Shown here: positions 59,236 to 64,000 of the stretch, piece by piece
Numbering within the stretch: the first letter of the stretch is position 1
Layout of the letters: every line of letters begins with the position of its first letter
Assembly: GCA_965112155.1 (NCBI GenBank)
Contig: OZ218102.1
Length of the DNA: 64,000 nucleotides
Direction: 5' to 3' (one strand)
Source of the DNA: Podarcis liolepis
Lineage: Eukaryota
The notes under the pieces: model-generated
The model's input: the letters and a program-made list of their open reading frames with translations, nothing else
Told to the model about the DNA's origin: nothing
Databases searched by the model: none
Program-made: the position numbers and the translations under genes

Positions 59236-61768
59236 AATGACAATACTCAAAGGAGCTGTAATGAGATCACTCCGTGACTTATGAAGCTTCAGTAGACAGT
59301 AGACATTGGCGACACACTTGCATCACTATTTTGACAACTAAAGAACTATCCTGGATGCTGAATTTTACACTGAAATCTATTCTTTGAGTGCAGTTTTTGT
59401 AGCCCTTGCTTATGAACCCTCCATGTAAGGGTGAGCCGTTAAATTTAATGGATGTTGGGGTCTACCTGCAGACCTTTGAAGGAGATGCATTTTCTACCTA
59501 TTTTCATTAATTTGTCAACGGCACAAGATACTGTTCTCCTCTATACAGGTATTTTTACAAACTAATTATCACATTATTCTGGTAATTGCAGCAATTTATC
59601 AAACTGTGCTCAACTAGATCTTTCTTTTTTTAAAAAAATAATGCTACTTTTGCTGGTGGAAGGAGGGACTCTCAAGTCCCATCTTGTTATAACAGAGCAA
59701 ATTAAACCATCCTCATTATTATGTATGTCTAATCATAGTTCACCAGGGTTGCTGGTAGAAATGACTCCAGTAAATTTAGAAATAAATCAATGCCAAGAAA
59801 ATGCTTTTAGGTTCTTAACCTTCAAGCCTGGTACAGCAGGCAATGTGTGCTTCCCTAGAAATAGAGTCATCCATGTCAAGCTATGTGTCATGAATGTGTC
59901 ATTATTAAAGAATGCAACTCATTAAGAGTTTAGCCATTGTACACATATGAACAATTCCATATATTCCCTTTGTACTTCAGAACTAAGGGAATATATCATA
60001 CTGCAGTTGCTTCATTCTGGACAAAATATATATTATTCTGTCGTAAGTTAACTTACAGCAAAACATGACCTTACGGCATTAAAACATGGCTCCCTAGTGT
60101 CCCTGCTTGAATATTTTCAGTTTTACCAGAGGGGCATTGGGCCGTGTTTTCCTTAGAAAAATAAATAGCTGAGGCACTGTACCAGCCACACCAGAGGAAG
60201 TGAGTTATGTTGCAGAGAGAGTTGGAGGGAGGCAGTTGAGGTTTATGACTAAAAAATACGAGCTACAATCCTCCATTCATAGCCTTTAAAAATGGCACTA
60301 GATATTTTGAGTGTGTAAGAAATGCGCAGTCAGGCCCTTTGTGGCAGTCTACAAATCTAGAAGGAAAACTTGGAGGCATTAGATTACTCACTGGCATGTC
60401 AGATGTCAGGAAAGTTCACCCAATTTTATAGTCATGCTGGTATCTCAAGTTGTACAAACAACTGTAAAGTTAACATGTCCCTTTGGGATGCTTTCATAGC
60501 TGAACTATCTTTTCGCTGTGTAGTGTCTAGACATTTTATACATTTCATTACCAGACTTGTCACTGGTAGACTTCACTTATATGCATTATTTAGAAGGACA
60601 CAGCTAGAGTTTGCATATCAGTCTGAGGTTTAGACCAAAGTTTCCTGTTGAGTATCTACTACCTAGATTCCAACGCAACTACCAGCAGCCCTTATAACCT
60701 TTAAAAGCCAAATACCTTATACTCACAGGGTCACACCTCAATCTTTTTTCATGTCCAAGAAACCACAGCTCTAGTTTCTTGAATCTTCTTTTAAACACCT
60801 ACTGGATTTTCGCATCAAGATTATTGGAAGAGACTGGCCTGCATTTTAATGAAATACAAGCAGCTAGTTCTAGTGCAGCTGTTCTTGAGTCTGCATTCAA
60901 TACCTTAGAATACCGGCTACCCAAAATTTCAATACATAAGAATATGACAGTGACATTTGTGTCAGTGTATGCTGTATGCTGGGACAGTCTCCTCACAAGT
61001 AGCCTGGTGGTAGCAGAGAGCACATGCATAGCTCTCTTATTTGGCAGCTGCTGGCAAGAGAAGGATTAACACTATTGAAAAGACTACTACAGATTAGGTC
61101 TTTCAATGTGTTTTATAATTTAAGATAATACATAACTGTTGCCACTCTGCTGAAGGCAGAGTCACTCTACACACTGAAGGAGAGTTGTGCTTTGGGATGC
61201 TTTCCATGAACACATCTCTCTTACTGCTCAAGGAGCCACAGTGTTCAATGACTGAAACTGGGCAACAAGACATCCTCTGAGTGACTTCTTGCATACTGTG
61301 AAAGAAGTGATTACTCTGGGGTCACGATATGAGACGTGGGAGAGCATACAATGCAGCCACAAGGGTGGTGGCAGTACAAAGCTGATTAGGGTAGAAATAC
61401 TCAGAAGGTCTCCTAACTATTTGAGCAGCTATTAGCCCAAGTGAAGAAAAGAACGTATGCCTGTATCGTTCCTGGCTTTCATGCAACACAGGTCAACAGA
61501 AATTTGGGAAGTGATATTCTGCTCAGGAAAGCAGTGCAAGGACAAAAAGTTAACCTTACTTCCCCAGTTGTATTTCTCCACTATGGCCTTTCACTCTACC
61601 CTACTTAGACCCTGACCTCTTCTGTAAGACAAACACTTTAAATTCCAGTACAATATTTGTACATTTCGCCAGAGTCACATTAGGCCTGGATTACTACATG
61701 TTTCCTATCTAGGCATCAGGTCAAAAGCATACCACTGGCACACTTGAAAAAAGTATAATATGCAATAA

Positions 61769-61955
61769 CAGGGGTGCCAACTTGAATAAAATATTGGGGG
61801 GGACCAAGTATGCCCCACCCTGCATAATCAATCACATGACATAGTGTACGCCCACCATTTGAATGGCAATGCCCATCAATTGGAGAGGGTGGCCCCCTCA
61901 AATGTTTTATTGCAGGGGCCGAAGCCCCCATGGCCCCTAGGAGTTGGCTCCTATG
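61769..61955. mobile_element. hAT MITE
   Basis: TIR caggggtgccaact / agttggctcctatg; perfect 8-bp TSD tgcaataa. Confidence 0.9.
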
Positions 61956-63280
61956 TGCAATAATATCTGCTCTTAGCGGCCCAGGCTACATACATCAGTT
62001 ATAAACACCTATATAATGTGTACACTGGTGTCTGACCACACATTAAATTCCCTAAATAAAAAGTACATTTACTCATTATCTCATAGCTGTAATGTTCTGT
62101 TCCCCTCTAATTAAGTTTATTTTCTTGACTTTTCCTGCTAATTTGCTCACTGAGTACTTAGTGTCTGTGATTCAGAACTCTGGGCCAAATACAGCTTGGA
62201 GACATCCTGTACAGCTTGAAGCATCCCAGAGGATCACTATATCTCAAGTGTGGGGATGCTGATCGGAAATGCGAACGAAGCCTTCATCAAATAAATGTGA
62301 ATCATTATACTTTTCATAGGCTGCATACAGCATTATACATCGAAAGCCTTTTCTCCATCTTCATTTAAAAAAGCATTTGAAGCTTTGCACTTACTTGCCT
62401 TAAAAGCACACAGCAATTCAAAGGGTATCTTAGATATCTAGCTCCAGTCTTCCCTTGGTAATTCAATAGCCAAGGAAAGTGGTGGTTAAACAAATAAGGA
62501 GAAAAACATTATGGCGTATAACATATTTACTTCTCAAGTCTTTGCAGTCTTTTAATGTCTGTGGTTCTTACGTTGTGAGGTAATTCCAGTTAGCCCCCCC
62601 CCCCCCCAAAGGTAGGAAAATGAATGAAACTAATGTAAAAATGTGGAGTCAAAATGCCTATCTGTGAATTATTTGGCAGTGGGAATTATATCCAAACAGC
62701 AACTATGTACAGACAGTATTTTAATGACTGTACTCTTGATGATTCTATACTTTTTGTTTTCCCCCGTCACTGGCCTCTGGAGTACCACAAATGCTTTCAG
62801 AAGGGCCTGGTTCAACAGCCCTAGGCTCTTTGGAAGAAACTAGATCTCTGCATTGTCCTCATTCCCAGCTACTGAAACCCTAAGAGTCCCTAACCAGTCC
62901 ACACATGCCTTTCCAATATACTAAGAAAAATTCATTATGTAGTAAGTACTTATCTTTGTGATACAATCCATTTTATTGATGACCAGTACCAAAATAATCC
63001 CCCAATTATTATGCTGTTTTACAAACATCTCAATTTTCCAGTACCTGTGCAACATCTTTTAACACTTTGACATTTATTAATCTAAGTTTGTTTCAATTTG
63101 TCAAAGCTTTAGAGCAGCATTCTTAAGTAGATTACTGCCTTGTCCATTGATTGTTATCTACATGTCTGCCTTGAGTCAAAGCTTTTACACATTATCCTTC
63201 TCAAAATCTGGACTCCTCAGTGTAACATACTTTGACAAGTGTAACTCTTGTTCATCAATAATGACGGCACCACATATAAT

Positions 63281-63370
63281 CAAAGCTGTCAACTTTTCCC
63301 TTTTTTTAAGGGAAATCCTATTCGGAATAAGGGAATTTCCCTTTAAAAAAGGGAAACATTGACAGCTATG
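63281..63370. mobile_element. 90-bp minimal hAT MITE, nearly fully palindromic
   Basis: TIR caaagctgtcaa / ttgacagctatg; flanks catataat / catagaat (7/8); internal tttccc/gggaaa arms. Confidence 0.85.
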
Positions 63371-63682
63371 CATAGAATAGGTATGCAGGTTTAAAAAAGG
63401 TTCAGAGCAGAGAAGTAAGGCAAATATTTTTCACAGGAGTCATTCTGCAATGTAGCCTAATGAGTAGCTGGGAGGAAATTTGCTTTAGTATGTTTTCAAC
63501 AGATTCCTCTAATGTCCCTAATCATAAAGCAGATGCTTTCCTCAAAACTCTTAATTATTTCTCATAAAAGACAAAGACATGGGTGGCAAGTACTATCTAA
63601 GAAAATGCATTCCTTTGCACATTCAAATTTAAGTGAAAAATTAGAGAAAGTATCCCTTTCCCCCTCCATAGCCATATGCAAA

Positions 63683-63725
63683 ATTAATTAAATTGATTAA
63701 TTAATTAATTAATTAATTAAATTGA
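63683..63725. repeat. (TTAA)n self-complementary microsatellite
   Basis: Read directly. Confidence 0.9.
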
Positions 63726-64000
63726 CCTCAAGTTTTCCTCCCAGCATTTCTCAGGTTATGGTTTTTGTTATAAAAATCCTCAGCTCCCTTTCCCAAATGA
63801 GTTTTTAGCCCGTGTGTTTTCCACATGGCTACATTACCCAAGGATTTGCTTTTCCTGTAAAATATAGTGGTAGTTATCAGAGGGCTGCTGCTAGTACAGA
63901 AAAATAATCTGACTGCAATAATTTCGGAGAAATAAGTTTTACACAGTAGAAGTCCCTACAACAAGTGAATGCATTCTAGCAGAGAGGGGAAATACCTTGC

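Overview
Eukaryotic, AT-rich, repeat-dense DNA from a squamate reptile, probably a lacertid lizard (inferred from Sauria SINEs, Bov-B and the MITE families present). The window looks intergenic or deep-intronic. I found no recognisable host gene, no intact tRNA/rRNA and no CRISPR or prokaryotic system; nearly all ORF-track entries are spurious or transposon remnants. Supportable content: SINEs (2 Sauria, 2 young tRNA/CORE-type, older MIR-like copies, CR1-tailed SINEs, one ancient LF-SINE), LINE fragments (L2, CR1, RTE/Bov-B, RTE-X-like), many non-autonomous Tc1/mariner-pogo (TA TSD) and hAT (8-bp TSD) elements, a probable solo LTR, microsatellites and a 193-nt assembly gap. One unidentified candidate terminal coding exon lies at 49383-49621 (+). 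Most notable observations: templated snap-back or slippage fillers at the junctions of three Bov-B/RTE-driven insertions, a Bov-A-like bipartite element, a three-level nested TE, a tRNA-Asn/CR1 chimera and the LF-SINE relic. Family names come from recalled consensus features, not from a database search. I cannot support a claim of a major new biological system here.
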